NCBI RefSeq assembly: GCF_009914755.1 | Contig: NC_060929.1 | Origin: the human T2T-CHM13v2.0 reference genome, Homo sapiens | Reading direction: 5' to 3' (one strand) | Length of the DNA: 64,000 bases | In this document: positions 13,727 through 26,860 of the stretch, piece by piece | How the letters are laid out: each line of letters begins with the position of its first letter | Numbering within the stretch: position 1 is the first letter of the stretch | Position numbers and translations under genes: made by a program | The notes under the pieces: model-generated | What the model saw: the letters and a program-made list of their open reading frames with translations, nothing else | Told to the model about the DNA's origin: nothing | Databases searched by the model: none

Positions 13727-14623
13727 CCAAAATGAATGTTAAAGGCCAAATTGGCATTCTGGCTCTTTGTCTCTGTTTCTTTTTATAATTATTATAAAAC
13801 ATATTAATTATAAACATTCAATTAAGTTATATATAAAATACTTATTTTAGTCAAATATTATAAAAAATAATCACCAGACTGTTTGAATCCCCACTTTATA
13901 ACTTACTAGCTTTGTGTTTCCTAACCTCTTTGAGCCTCCTGTGGCACCTGTGGATATTAGGGAGATTTTAAGCTTTAGAAAATGACGTATTCCACCCAAA
14001 TTTGGTGCCATACAGGCAAGTGGGCTGTGAGCCATTCTAATGTTAGGACTGGCTGTCTCCTTTTCCAGCCAGTGTTTTCTAGTGGCCCATCATATAGCTT
14101 GATACCCTTGACTTTCACAGTAAAAGGAGAGAGAAGTTCTGGTCTCCACTGCCTCTCTCCTTACTTTGCTGAAGTCGGCCCTTGCCATCTGTGGAGTTGG
14201 TGTGATCCATTTCTGCTTTGATCCTACTGACAGTGCTGCAAGTTTAGCTGCTTCCATTTCTCTCCTGGATTTAGTAATTTTTAGTTGTAGAAGTGATGTG
14301 ACTGCATTGAGATTCATCCTGATCTGATTTGCCAGAGGAAGCAAGCAATATTTGGTTTTCCAGATGGAGAAATATTGTGTTTTTTAAAACTCTGCCCGCA
14401 ATAGGCAGTGTCTGTTTTATAATATATATTATACCATGTCAAGGTCAGACTATTTAGACTTTTATTCTTCTATTACTTGATAAGTGGACAAAAGAGAAGG
14501 GCACTTTAGTAGCATCTTGACCTTGTTAGATGGCTGGGATTTTTCTCACTGATCATTTTCCTTCTCTTTTCATCTTTCTTCCTTAGATGTGGGTCTATAG
14601 ACGCACGTTACATCTTCCGTAGC

Positions 14624-14639
14624 CCAGGGAATTCCCTGG
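14624..14639. promoter_or_regulatory. Perfect 16-bp palindrome containing a consensus NF-kB site (GGGAATTCCC)
   Basis: CCAGGGAATTCCCTGG is its own reverse complement; function not shown. Confidence 0.4.
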
Positions 14640-15313
14640 ACTTGGCCACTAAATTCTTATTCTACTTTTGTTATATAAAATAATAGGCTGATTTTTTGGG
14701 GGAAAAATCTAGGTTATGGAGTCTTTTTTATTCACAAATAGGTATCTTCCTTCTGTGAGAAGCATTGGTTGGTTGGTTTGCCAGGAATGTAATTCTTTCT
14801 CTTGTGGACCCGCCGTCTGGGTTGTCAGTGGTCTTAACTTTCCCTTATTGTGTGAGAACGGCCAAGCTCTGGCATTGCTCCCAGGAGGTGCTTCCCCAAA
14901 AGGGATTTATTCTATGAGTCATTTGAATCTAATAATTAAAACAACATGTAGCTTTTAAAAAAATTTGTTCTTTATGTATCATATGTAGAGAGAACAGTAT
15001 GCACATTATGTGTGTAAAATTTGATGAATTTTCTCAAAGTGAATATGCCCGTGTAACCAGCACCCATATTAAGAAAGCAGTTATTCCAGAAGCATCCTCA
15101 TCTCCTTCAAGTGAGTGCCTCTTCCCTGAGATGAACACTAACCTCTAACACTGTGGATTAGTTTCGCTACTCTTTGAACTCTATATAAATGTCATCATAC
15201 GGGATGTCCCATTGTGTCTTGCTTCATCTACCAAATGCTGCGTCCATGAGGATCATCCTTGTTGTGTGTGGCAATAGTTTATTCTTTCTCATTTCTGCAT
15301 GGTTATGCCATTC

Positions 15314-16130
<817 letters not shown>

Positions 16131-16526
16131 CCTGTTGTGTGAAGATACTATCATTTATCCGTTCTACTGTTGATGGACTTTTTGTGTTGTTTTCATTTTG
16201 GAGCTATTATTAATCATGCTGCATGAGTATTCTTAGTATTCTTGTGCATGTTGTTCTGTGACTGTTATACACACCTGCTAGTGTGTACATACACAATGCA
16301 CACTTATGTGGTATGTATATATTTAGGAACCAGTCACATGGTAAATGTAAGTTTAACCTTAGAACATAATGTCAAACAGTTTTCCAAAGTGGTTGTACCA
16401 ACTTCTGCCCCTGCTAGTAGTATATGAGGGTGCCAGATGTCTTTTATAAAGAATAGAGCATAGTTTGGACCTGGCAGTTTTGTTCCAGAATTACACCCAT
16501 TGTTAGCCCCCATTTTAGATCCTTTG

Positions 16527-16800
16527 TATGTATTCCAGGATTTTCCAAAGTGTGTTTAGATGAATAGGAATCTGCAGAGACTGTCGGAGAAAAGACTTAT
16601 TTGTCTTATTTTATCAAATGAATTACTGGACCTTGCTAGGAGCCTCACACTGCTGATGAACACATTAAAGGTCTTAATCTTGTTTAACTTTATATTTGTT
16701 TGCTTTATGTCTGCCAAAGTGGATTGAACTTTGACTCAGTTTCCCTCTTTTGATATCTCAAAGAAATAGAGTTCCAGGAAATACCCTTTGAAAATTCTGG
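16527..16800. mobile_element. hAT-Charlie MITE, MER103-like
   Basis: Degenerate TIRs 'caggattttccaaagtgtgtt' and 'gttccaggaaataccctttgaaaattctg'. Confidence 0.5.
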
Positions 16801-18004
16801 AATGAATCATAACTCAGAATGTTCTTTGCCGAAAAAGTAATGAGAAGTTTCCTTTTAGAAGGAAAAAATAAACCCACTAGTATGTCTTTGAGTATTCACT
16901 CCACAAAGACCTATCTATAGAGAAATAAAAACTATCAGAAAATGGGTTGAATTTGCTCCTATTTGGTTTTGTTTTAGTGAAACCTATACGTTAGGGAAAG
17001 TTGATTTGCAGTATTGCAATCTTAAATTTCACATCAAGGAACCCAATATAAGAAATAGTTTCTGGTAACTGAGAACAGTGTCAGTGGGATTCATCCAAAA
17101 ATGTTTGTCCCTGATGTACTTATTTTCCATCTGGATCTCTCCACATATTCCCCCATGCCTACCCCTGTTCTTACCTTTTTTTACTTCTCTAAATCAGCAT
17201 GTAGCAGAACAATCTGCTTCTTATTTCTTCTTTCTTTTGGTCTTTGTTTTTTTGTTTTTGTTGTTTATTTAAATACTAATCTTGTTTGTATGGGTAATGG
17301 TTCTCCTTGTACCATATAGAGGTCAAGATCTTTGCTCTGGGGCACACAGCCCACCTGGAAGGTACCCCGCTCTCCTTCCTCAAACAGCCCTGTACCTTTC
17401 CTGGGTCACACAGTAATCTGCTGATGGTGATCTGGGGAGGACAGGCTGAGACTGATGGGACCATAGAATATGAGTAGAAGAAGCACTGAGAGTGGCTGAA
17501 ATTTAGTTTTGAGGTTAAAATAACCAGTGTATGGATACCCCTGAGCATGAGCTCTATAATTACTTCACCCTTCTACCTGGCTTATGTTGAGTATCAAGCA
17601 AGACATGAATATATTACTCAAATATTAGGAAATACATTACTCAAATAATATTTTACACTATGAAGTTTGGGCTTGTTTACCCTCCTCCATTTCCATTGCA
17701 TTTCTTCTTCAATTGAATCAACATCTTTACTATAACTTTTTAAAAAGGTTTTAGTTTGTACATTACTTATTGCAAACGTTTCGTAATATGCCCTCTTGTG
17801 GGGTATATTGTGATGCTTTTATTAGTATATTAGTTGTCAGTATTTATCTCTTTCCGCAATGGCTGGTGAGACAAGTGGAGAATTAGAACTGAGGTTCTAA
17901 TCTAGTTTGGTGATCTCAGCTTTAGATCTGAAGACTTAGAAATGAGGCCTGGACCAGATGGCGTCTTATTTTTTTCATGATGGTCTAGTTCTCTCTCAGT
18001 GATG

Positions 18005-18252
18005 ACAATCACAATAGCTGAAATTTATTTCCGTGTGCCTGATACTCTCATAAATACCTTATATATATCTCAACTCATTTAATCCTGATGATAATTCCAT
18101 GATGAAAGTACTTTTGTATTCCCATTTTACAGATAGGAAAGTTGAGACACAGAGCTTTAAGATCACCCAGATGGTAAGTGGAGGAGCCACCATTCACACA
18201 TAGGTGTCTAACACCAAGTCCCTCTACTTAGTCTTTCTGCTAAACTGCCTCT
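18005..18252 (-). mobile_element. MIR (near full length)
   Basis: 'ctcatttaatcctgatgataattccatga...cccattttacagataggaaagttgagacacagag'. Confidence 0.85.
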
Positions 18253-19615
18253 CTCTGGCTACACAGATGACTCACCCAAGCTGCTGTTTAGTCTCCGGTC
18301 TTTTTCAAACACCTAATATGCAAGGGGGAGACATGAGTCACCTGAGGGTGTGAAAATCAGGCCCTTTGTTAGTTGCGCATGGATATGTTCTTGGTGGCCT
18401 AGGAGATTTCACTAGCCACCAGTCTCTGTGCCTGTGCCTGTATCATCGAAACTGTCCATTAGGTTTTGGTGTTTTCTCCTAAGAGAACACAAGAATGAGG
18501 CTCTCTGACTTTAAAAATCTAGGAACTGAGAAGAACAGACCTCCTATTTATGAAGATAACATTGAGCACCTCTCTCTTGATGTGCCACTGTCTGGACAGG
18601 CCTGGATGAATCCTGCAGCACAGTGATTCGAGTCATTGTCTTCCCTTCTTCATCTGAATTTTACTTTGGTCCTGTGCTCATACTTGGCGTTTCCTTCTGC
18701 TGGCAAATCTTGTTTCTCCACTGAAAGTGAATTCCTTGCATTTTCTTAAATGCATAACTGAATATAATACCTACAACTTTCTTCCATAGCTTTTTCTGCT
18801 GTTACTGCTTTTTTGTCTTTTTTAAACAATACCACTTTTTGGATAATGAATTGTTGCTTTGCCGCACACTGAGTGGGAGCCCCTGCTCACTTCCGGTCAC
18901 TGGAGAAACAGTCTGGTCTGTCTGTGGTACTTTGTGGTCCCCACAGGTCCTACCTGCGGTTTTGCTGGGCTTGTTTGGTCCTCTGCCCTAGTAAAGCTTT
19001 GGCTTCTCTCACGTACATTCTCTCCTTCCATTGGTATTTGAATCTGTTTCCCCCACCTAAGGACAGACCTCTGGCAGACTGGTCTTTGATGTCAACAGAT
19101 ATGGGTTTATGCTACCCCTGGGGTCCATGATGACTTTCCAAGAGGCACTGGGCCCATGGAGAGTAACAAGGAAATTACTTCAGATGTTCAGCTTCCCTAT
19201 ATACTCTTTCCCAAAACAGATCCACCTGGAGCACAACTGGACTAATGGGTTGCCTGGCTTTACCTCTCCCAAATCTCATCATGTCATGTAGTCACAGGAA
19301 GTAATCCCCACTCCTCAGGGTGCCAGAAAAAGGGAAAATGAGAAGATTGTTGTATAGAGGGCATGAATCTAATGTCTTAGAAATTAGTCCTTTTGCAAAT
19401 CAAATGTCTTCTAATTTTTTTAAACAAAACTGAACATGACCCTGAACAGTTTGTCAAAAAATGATGATTATCATGTAATGTGTTGATGATTTTTTTGGCA
19501 TAAATCTCAGGAATTTAAAGAATTAAGGGCCACAGCTATCACAACACTTCTTTCATTCCCATCAACTTATTTACATGAACAAGGCTTTTACTTTAATACC
19601 AAAAAATGGAGTGGA

Positions 19616-19851
19616 CCGGGGACTGTTGTGGGGTGGGGGGAGGGGGGAGGTATAGCATTAGGAGATATACCTAATGCTAAATGACGAGTTAATGGGTGCA
19701 GCACACCAACATGGCACATGTATACATATATAATAAACCTGCACATTGTGCACATGTACCCTAAAACTTAAAGTATAATAATAATAAAATAAAAATTAAA
19801 AAAAAAATTTAACCTGAAAGACTGGTTCAGGCCATGACAGGAAAAAAAAAA
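19616..19851 (+). mobile_element. 5'-truncated L1PA3/PA4 3' end carrying a 34-bp 3' transduction
   Basis: 'ggagatatacctaatgctaaatgacgagttaatgggtgcagcacaccaacatgg'; two A-tails; perfect 15-bp TSD AAAAAATGGAGTGGA at 19601-19615 and 19852-19866. Confidence 0.93.
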
Positions 19852-20431
19852 AAAAAATGGAGTGGAATTACTGTTGAAATATTGCTTATTCTGACAATAA
19901 AAATACTCATTTATGGATACAGATATCAAATTATCCTATCCATCTCATTGAGGAATGCATTTCCAATAAAAATTTACTTTAATGCTTTAACTTTTAATCA
20001 TTATAAAATTATACATTTGTTCTCTCAAATTGCATTCTACTAATAGTTTTAATGATAATCTAGATTAAATTTTTAACATTTAGAACCATTTGGTCACAGG
20101 AAATAAAAAATACATTTTAATTTTCATAACTATTTTTGTTGCAGAAGGAGTATGATAGTATGATCAATAAAAAACCCTAAAACATAAAAGTGTTTTATTA
20201 GGATAAAATTCTGTGAGAGAAATGGAATGGAAATATAAATTTAAGGGAAAAAAAGGAACTATAAAAATTTGAGCGTAAAAGGGAAGGTTGTTCATGTATT
20301 TTAAATAACAATGGATACATTTAAAAGCTTGAATAAAAGCAGTTTCATTTTAAAATTTCATTATTTACAGTATGCAAGAAATTATATACCATGCCACTAT
20401 TTAAACCTAGGATGAACAATTTTAGATTTGA

Positions 20432-20767
20432 TCTCTCTCTCTATGTGTGTGTATGTGTGTATGTATGTGTGTATTTAGAGAGGGGGTCTTACTCGGTTGC
20501 CCAGCCTGGAGTGCAATGATGCAATCACACTTACTTTGAACTCATGAGCTCAAGCAATCCTCCTATGTCAGCCTCCCGAGTAGCTGGGACTACAGGTGTA
20601 CATCACCGTGCCCAGCTAATTAAAAAAAAAATTTTTTTTTTTTTTTCTGTAGAGACAGGGTCTCCCTATATTACCCAGGCTGGTCTTGAACTCCTGGCCT
20701 CAAGCAGTCCTTCCACCTTGGCCTCCCAAAGTGCTGGGATTATAGGCATGAGCCATTGTGCCCAGCC
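20432..20767 (-). mobile_element. AluJ whose tail has become a (TC)n/(TG,TATG)n microsatellite
   Basis: AluJ body 20476-20767; partial TSD TAGATTT at 20423 and 20768. Confidence 0.92.
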
Positions 20768-21020
20768 TAGATTTTGTCTTTAAATTGTGTTAGAAGATAT
20801 ATGGATTTTAAAATTCTTTGTAGACCATTTCTCCAGGGCATCTGACCTGGACAGGTAGGGCTCATGATAGAAGCATACATCCCTTGTTTGTTGTGTTTTT
20901 TGGCTATCACCTTGACTACATTAACCATTGTAGTAGAGTACCATGACCAGAACTGATGTCACCTTTATCATTTATATCTTTCCCTTCTGTTTTGACTGAA
21001 TTCCCAATAAGCCAAGCAAT

Positions 21021-21340
21021 ATCCATTCAACAAACACATGTCTCCTAGTGCATTATGCATGGGTCTCACAGGTGAAGAGGACAAAGTTCTCCCTCAAGGA
21101 GCTCATTCTGTAGGGGGAGACCAGCGCTTCTGATCCCAGGCGATGAGTATTAAGCGGGAGGGAAGCGAGGCTTTCCATGGCACACTGGACCCTGAAGAGG
21201 AGCGTTTCCTAGAGGAGCCTGGACTTCAGGCTAAGCAGAGCCCTGGAGGATGGAGACCCAGGATGGGCCCAGGACTATCCAGCCAGGTGAGGGAGGAGGC
21301 TACCCTATACTCTGTGGCTTGGAGGTGGAGAGGAGGGATT
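21021..21340 (-). mobile_element. LINE-2 3' fragment
   Basis: 'ccattcaacaaacacatg...ttctccctcaaggagctcattctgtagggggagac'. Confidence 0.65.
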
Positions 21341-23648
21341 CATTCCTGGCAAAAATGCTGCTATTAAGATAGAAAGAGAGCCATCATTCTTGAATTAGGG
21401 GTTAAGGAGGCAGGGAGATGCCTATTTCTATGGTTTTTAAAACATTTCTTCTCTAATTTTCTTATGTAGGCAAAGGTCAAAGTGGATATTTTTACTATTA
21501 TAAATTAGTAGCTATGCCTATATTCATAAAGAAAGGCCTCCTTTGGCACTTTTAGTTTTGACTGTTTTCTAGCAAATTGTGGGTGAGTACCATATCCAAT
21601 GTATTAATTTTGACATATGGTTACACCTAGTGCAGTCTCAGCCAGGCAGTCCCTTGGGGTTACAAAGGCATAGAGTTAAATTTCCCAAGTTGGAAAAAGG
21701 CTTTCAGAAATGAGTTTCTCACTCCACTTGAAGTGGCTTTGCTACTGTTTCCCTGGGGAGGTTGCTAGGCATTTAATAGATCTCCATGTTAGGAAAATAA
21801 ATTCTTTCTAGCATTGAAGTCTAAGGTGTTGTTCCCCCACCCCTTGGCCTCAGATTTGTGTGGTGGAGGCTGCAGCTAATCTCCCTTATGTTTATATTTA
21901 TAAAACGTTTCCAGATGATTATCTCTTCCTGGTATCATTTGGCTAGTCCCAGGTATTCATTGTCTCAGTCATTCCCAGTTAGGCATAGCCCTGCTCACTG
22001 CCTGAGGGAAGGAAGGAGGCCGTGGGACCGCTGGGTCTAAGCCTGGTTCCTACCACCTCCCCACAGCTGTTAGCCTTCCTCCATCCCTGAGTTCTCACTG
22101 GGACATGAGGGACTGCGTTTCAGCTGTGACAGTATTTTGTTGCTCTTGGCCATTGCACAGTGGCTTACATCCTGTGTGCTTTAAAAAAAAAATGTCTCTT
22201 TCAAAGGCTCTTTTCAGAGTCTATGGGATGAGATGCACAGAGACAGACTATATATATTTAAAACCAGTGGGTTTTTTTTTCTTTTTTTTTTCTTTTTTTT
22301 TTGCTTTGCTGAGAAAAAGCATAAGCAAATGAGAGGGACTCTATTTGAAGGTTTTTTTTGTTTGTTTTTTTGTTTTTTTGTTTTCAAAGCACCTTTTACA
22401 GCTTGTCTTTCGGTATAAATGATTAAGTTATGATGTCATCTTGCTCCTTAGACACACGGCTTCTTCTACATGCTGGCATTTTTGTATGGTGAAGTCTCTT
22501 TTGGTGCCTCCTGAACCTGAGGACCCCATGAGTGCCTGGGCCAGTTCAGGTGCCCAGGAGAGGCTGATATGAGAGTGAGTGTGCTTGGCCCCGTGTGTGG
22601 TGGTATCTGTCTCAGGGCCCCTGGCTCTGGCAAGGTCATGTGGTATATAGCCTTTTCAGAGAAAGGGCCTGAGGGTTTTGTGGACAGCCTGAAAGATATC
22701 TATTACAGTGTTGTTTTTTCTGTTTGAAAATAAGAGAACTGAGCTGTTTTGAGAAATATCACTGAGTTTTTTACTAATGCCTCATCTCCCCAAGTTTGTC
22801 TGGATGTGCTCTGTTCCGGTAAAGCCAAGTTCCTGTAAAGCTTCGTTATCCTCCTTGAATCTTCTTCCTCTTTTGTATCATGCATTCGAGGGCTTGTTCC
22901 CTCTTGTTCCCTCTCGAGCTATTCCATTTCTCTTCTGTGCTTCTTGCTTGACTTCGAGTATAGTTTGTGAGTGCAGCTCTGCATTTTGAAAGCATGACCT
23001 GGCGTCATTCTTAGTAATAGCTTTGTAAATTCACATGCTTAACCATGTAGACTGTAACTTCCCTCTTCTTTGGTCTTTAACACCAAGCAGAGTTATACAC
23101 TAGCATTACCTAAGCAACATCCAATTTCCGAAAGTGTCTAGAGGAGAAGCGGCAGGTATTTCAAATGCAGAATGGTTGGGGTGAGTTATGGGAAGTGAAC
23201 TGCATATGTTTGGGAATTATTTTCCTTTTGGGGGCTAAGAATCCAGCTACAGTGGACCAGTGTGAGGTTGCATTGATGTAGGTCTAACCACCACCAAAAG
23301 GCACCGCCTTGGGTACCTCCTCTTGTTTGGCTATTTTAAAAGCTTTCTCAAACCTAATGAGTTGTAAGAAAAGATATAACTATTCTTTTTTGGAGGAAAT
23401 ATAAACTAGTTTTTTTTCCCTTACGAATCTTCTTCCCAATGGGAAATCACAGAGAAACAGGGCAGGGAAGGAGGAATAAGAGTTTTAAAAGTTTTCTTCT
23501 CTAGGCTGAAGAATTTCCTATTTGTAAACTATCAGCTGAGTAAACACTAAGACCAAGTGTTTAATGGGTTATACATTATTGTAAATTGTTTACAAAATGA
23601 GATGAAATCTTGTCCTATTGTTCAGTGTTTTACAGATTTGCTTTTCTT

Positions 23649-23833
23649 TTTCTTTTTTTCAATTTATATTACTTTAAGTTCTGGGATACATGTGCTGAAC
23701 GTGCAGGTTCGTTACATAGGTATACAAGTGCCATGATGGTTTGCTGCACCCATCAACCCGTCATCTAGGTTTTAAGCCCCACATGCATTAGGTATTTGTC
23801 CTAATGCTCTCCCTCCCCTTGTTCCCCACCCCC
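23649..23833 (-). mobile_element. 5'-truncated L1PA8-like 3' end with 10-bp TSD
   Basis: 'ccatcaacccgtcatctaggttttaagccccacatgcattaggtatttgtcc'; TSD TGCTTTTCTT at 23639-23648 and 23834-23843, followed by AA (L1 endonuclease site). Confidence 0.92.
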
Positions 23834-24189
23834 TGCTTTTCTTAATTCATTGAAATTTGGGCAAACACTAAGATCTACTACATTGTTGAAACAAAATGCA
23901 ATTAAACCAGACCTTTTTTTTCCTTAAAGTATTTGTGTTTTGTTTTTTGTTTCAGAAAGATTTGTAATTACTTTGCCTGAATTTATGCTCGAGAATTTTC
24001 AAGCAGTTGTCATAGTCATTGTACCATTACCTCCTTTGAGGAGAGGGAAGAGTTATCCTTATAGAGAGTTATGTATCAGCAGTAGGAACAGATATTCTTG
24101 TTCAAATGTAATAATAGTAATACCATTAATACTGCAGCTAATGCTTATTAAGCACTTTACGTATTTCTGAGGTTAACGCAAAGGCCTTC

Positions 24190-26860
24190 GGTAGTTCATT
24201 GTGAAATAGGGTCTCAGATGTTTATTAGTGATACATATTGTTTAATATGAGTTTATTAAAATTTTTTTATCAGGAATGATAATTTTTTTTAAATGGAATG
24301 TTGGTATTTAACAATATGGTCACATATTTCTTGTGCAATTTTTTGAAGTTTTGATACCAACATTATGCTGACTTCTGTAAAAAATGAAATGGGGAAACTT
24401 TCCTTGATTTTTCTGTACCATGTAACATTTTCAATAGCATAAAAATTCCATTAAAAAAAATTTGATAGTGTCCCCTGTAAATCATTGTCAGCATTGTCTA
24501 TTTCCATATAGTTATTGAATTTTTCAGAGTCTACTTTGTGAATCAAATTTTGATAATTTATATTTTCTTAGGAATTGTCTCTTTGATTCAATGTATTTTA
24601 ATTTTCAGCATGAAATTTTATATATTCTGTATACTTGTATTAAATTTCCTTTGTCTCTTTGGCTCTATCCATCTTATTTCCTATGTTGTATAATTGTATT
24701 TTTTCTCTTCCTTGATGAGCCTCGCAAGAGGTTTGTGTATTTTATTGATCTTTTCAAAGAACCAGCTGTTCCACTGTTTATATTCTAATCCTTTAATTTC
24801 TGCTTTTATCTTTTTAATGATTCTTTCTTTTGTTTCCCTGAAGTTTATTTGGCAGGGGTTTTTTCAGCTTGTTGAGTGGAATAATTTTTTATTTTCTTGT
24901 TTAATAATTTTTAAGGTGACTTTTTCTCATTTTCTCTGTCCTCAAACTTTAAACATCTGTCCTTTCAGCTTTGCTTTTAGCCGATGACCTTGATGCCTGC
25001 ATTGGTGAGAAAATGGAAACAGAAGAGAGCGTCCAGAGACTCCCCCATCCCATTTCAGCATCGCCACTCCCACTCTCTCTTCCTGCTTGTTGTCTTAGGT
25101 AACTATTCACACTTCTGCCTAGAGCCAGTCCTTTCCTGTTCCCCATCCTGTCTCCTCTCACCTAGTCAAAAGAAACCTCCTGGCGTTTCTCCCCACCTCT
25201 TACACCATCAGACTTTCCTTCTCTCCTGCATTGTGCGTGTCCACACATAAGTATGCTGTCATTGTTTCATCTTCCATTAAGCTTCTCTTGCCCCCACTTT
25301 CTCATCAGATGGCTGCAATTTTATTGCTCTGCTGTGCAGTCAGATTCCTCTAGAGTTATACTTGTCTCAAATTCACCTCCCCCTGCTCTCTCTTGAACCC
25401 AGACTATAGGCTTTCATCCCTTGCTCTGTAGAGACTACTCTTGTCAATGTCATAATCACCGCTCTCCACTGGTCATTGAAACATAATGGTCAATTCTCAG
25501 GCCTCATCTGGCATGACACAATAAGTTCTCACTCTTTTGTAATGTGTGGTCCTCACTTGGCCTCTGGGACACCTCCAAGTCTTAGTTGTCTTCCTAACTC
25601 ACTAGTTGCTCCTTCTCACTCTCCTTTGCTGGTTCTTCCTTTTCTCCTTGACCTCTTAATGTTAGAGTCCCAGAGTGTAGTCATAGTCCTTCTCTGTGAT
25701 CTATTTTTACCCTGTCTTTGTGATCTAGTATAATGGCCACCACCTATAAACTTATAGCTCCCGAATTTATATCACTAGCTCTGAGATCTCTCACGAACTC
25801 CAGATGTGCACATCTGACTGCTTACTCAACATCTCGAATGCCTGGTAGGTACCTCCAACTTAATCTGTGTTCTGAACTGAACTTCTTGTCTACCCACCAG
25901 TCCTGTTCTGCTGGACTCCTCCATCCCAGGAAATGCCTGCTTCATCTTGCTAGTTGCTGAGGCTATATTGAAGTCATTCTTTACTATTTATACTCCGTAT
26001 CTAGGCTATTGGGCAACTCTTTTTGCTTTACCTTCAAATATATCTAGAATCTCATCACTTCTCACCTTCTGCACTGCTGCTACCCTGGTCTAAAAGCAAC
26101 CATTTCTCATTGCAAGTACTGCTGTAGTCTCCTAAGTTGTCTCCTTGCTTCCATCCCTGCCCTCTGCCACCTGCCCCACCCCCATGGTGTGTGCTCAACA
26201 GAGCAGCCAGAGTGATCCTTTTGAGATGTCAACCAGACCACTCTTCTGCTCAAACCTCTGAAGTTTTGAGTAAAAACCAAAATTCTTACATTTGACTTGG
26301 CCCGTTACTCCTTAGACCTTACCAACTCCTATTTTTTGTCCCTCATTCCGCTCCAGCCATATGCTTTCCGTGTTTTTTAGATGTGCCATGCTCTTGCCTC
26401 CTGGCTATTTTGAGCCTCTGTGTAGAAATTTTTACCCTATGTAGGGGCTAATTCCCTTAACTCCTTTAAGTCTTCACCGAAAGTTATCTTCTCCATGCGG
26501 CTTAGAGTGACCACCTGTTTAAACTGTAGTCCTTCTCCTTACTCATTTACCTGGTTCTGGGTTTTTTTTTTTTTTTACATAGTATTTTAAATTATCTATC
26601 AAATTATATAATTTTTATTTATTTATTGTCCACCTCTCTCATCAGAATGTGAATCCCAGCAGGGTAGGGATCTGTGTCTCTGTTTTTCACTAATGTGACC
26701 CAAGCACAAAGAACAGTGCCTGGAACATTGAGGGAACTCAATGAATATTTGTCAAATAAATGAGTGAATTAAGGCTATGATTTTGCTGCGAGAAATATTG
26801 GCTGCAGCTCATAACATTTTATATCCAGCATCCTCATTGTACTTAGTTTCTAACTAGTTT
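24190..26860 (-). mobile_element. Ancient L1M ORF2-region relic, interrupted by an L2 (~24915-26770)
   Basis: Reverse ORF2 motifs 'ttttgataccaacattatgctgacttc', 'gtttgtgtattttattgatcttttcaaagaaccagct'; appears to resume at ~26771 'aaggctatgattttgctgcgagaaatattggctgcagctcataacatttt'. Confidence 0.6.
24915..26770 (+). mobile_element. LINE-2 (L2a-like), ~1.85 kb
   Basis: 'aatggtcaattctcaggcctcatct', 'tcaacagagcagccagagtgatcctttt', 3' end 'gaacagtgcctggaacattgagggaactcaatgaatatttgtcaaataaatgagtgaat'. Confidence 0.88.

Larger units (their letters stand above)
19350..20830 (+). mobile_element. hAT-Charlie relic (Charlie7-like), interrupted by an L1PA and an AluJ
   Basis: Decayed hAT C-terminal dimerisation coding sequence 'cttctttcattcccatcaacttatttacatgaacaaggcttt' (LLSFPSTYLHEQG); 3' region 'ggataaaattctgtgagagaaatggaatggaaata'. 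Confidence 0.7.

Noticed and set aside
13781-13865. AT-only palindrome TTTTATAATTATTATAAAA and surrounding AT-rich stretch
   Set aside because: Low-complexity sequence where such symmetry is expected.
21085-21115. 'ccctcaaggagctca' resembles the miR-28/miR-708 5' arm
   Set aside because: It is ordinary L2 3'-end sequence, from which the miR-28 family derives, and no complementary arm lies nearby.
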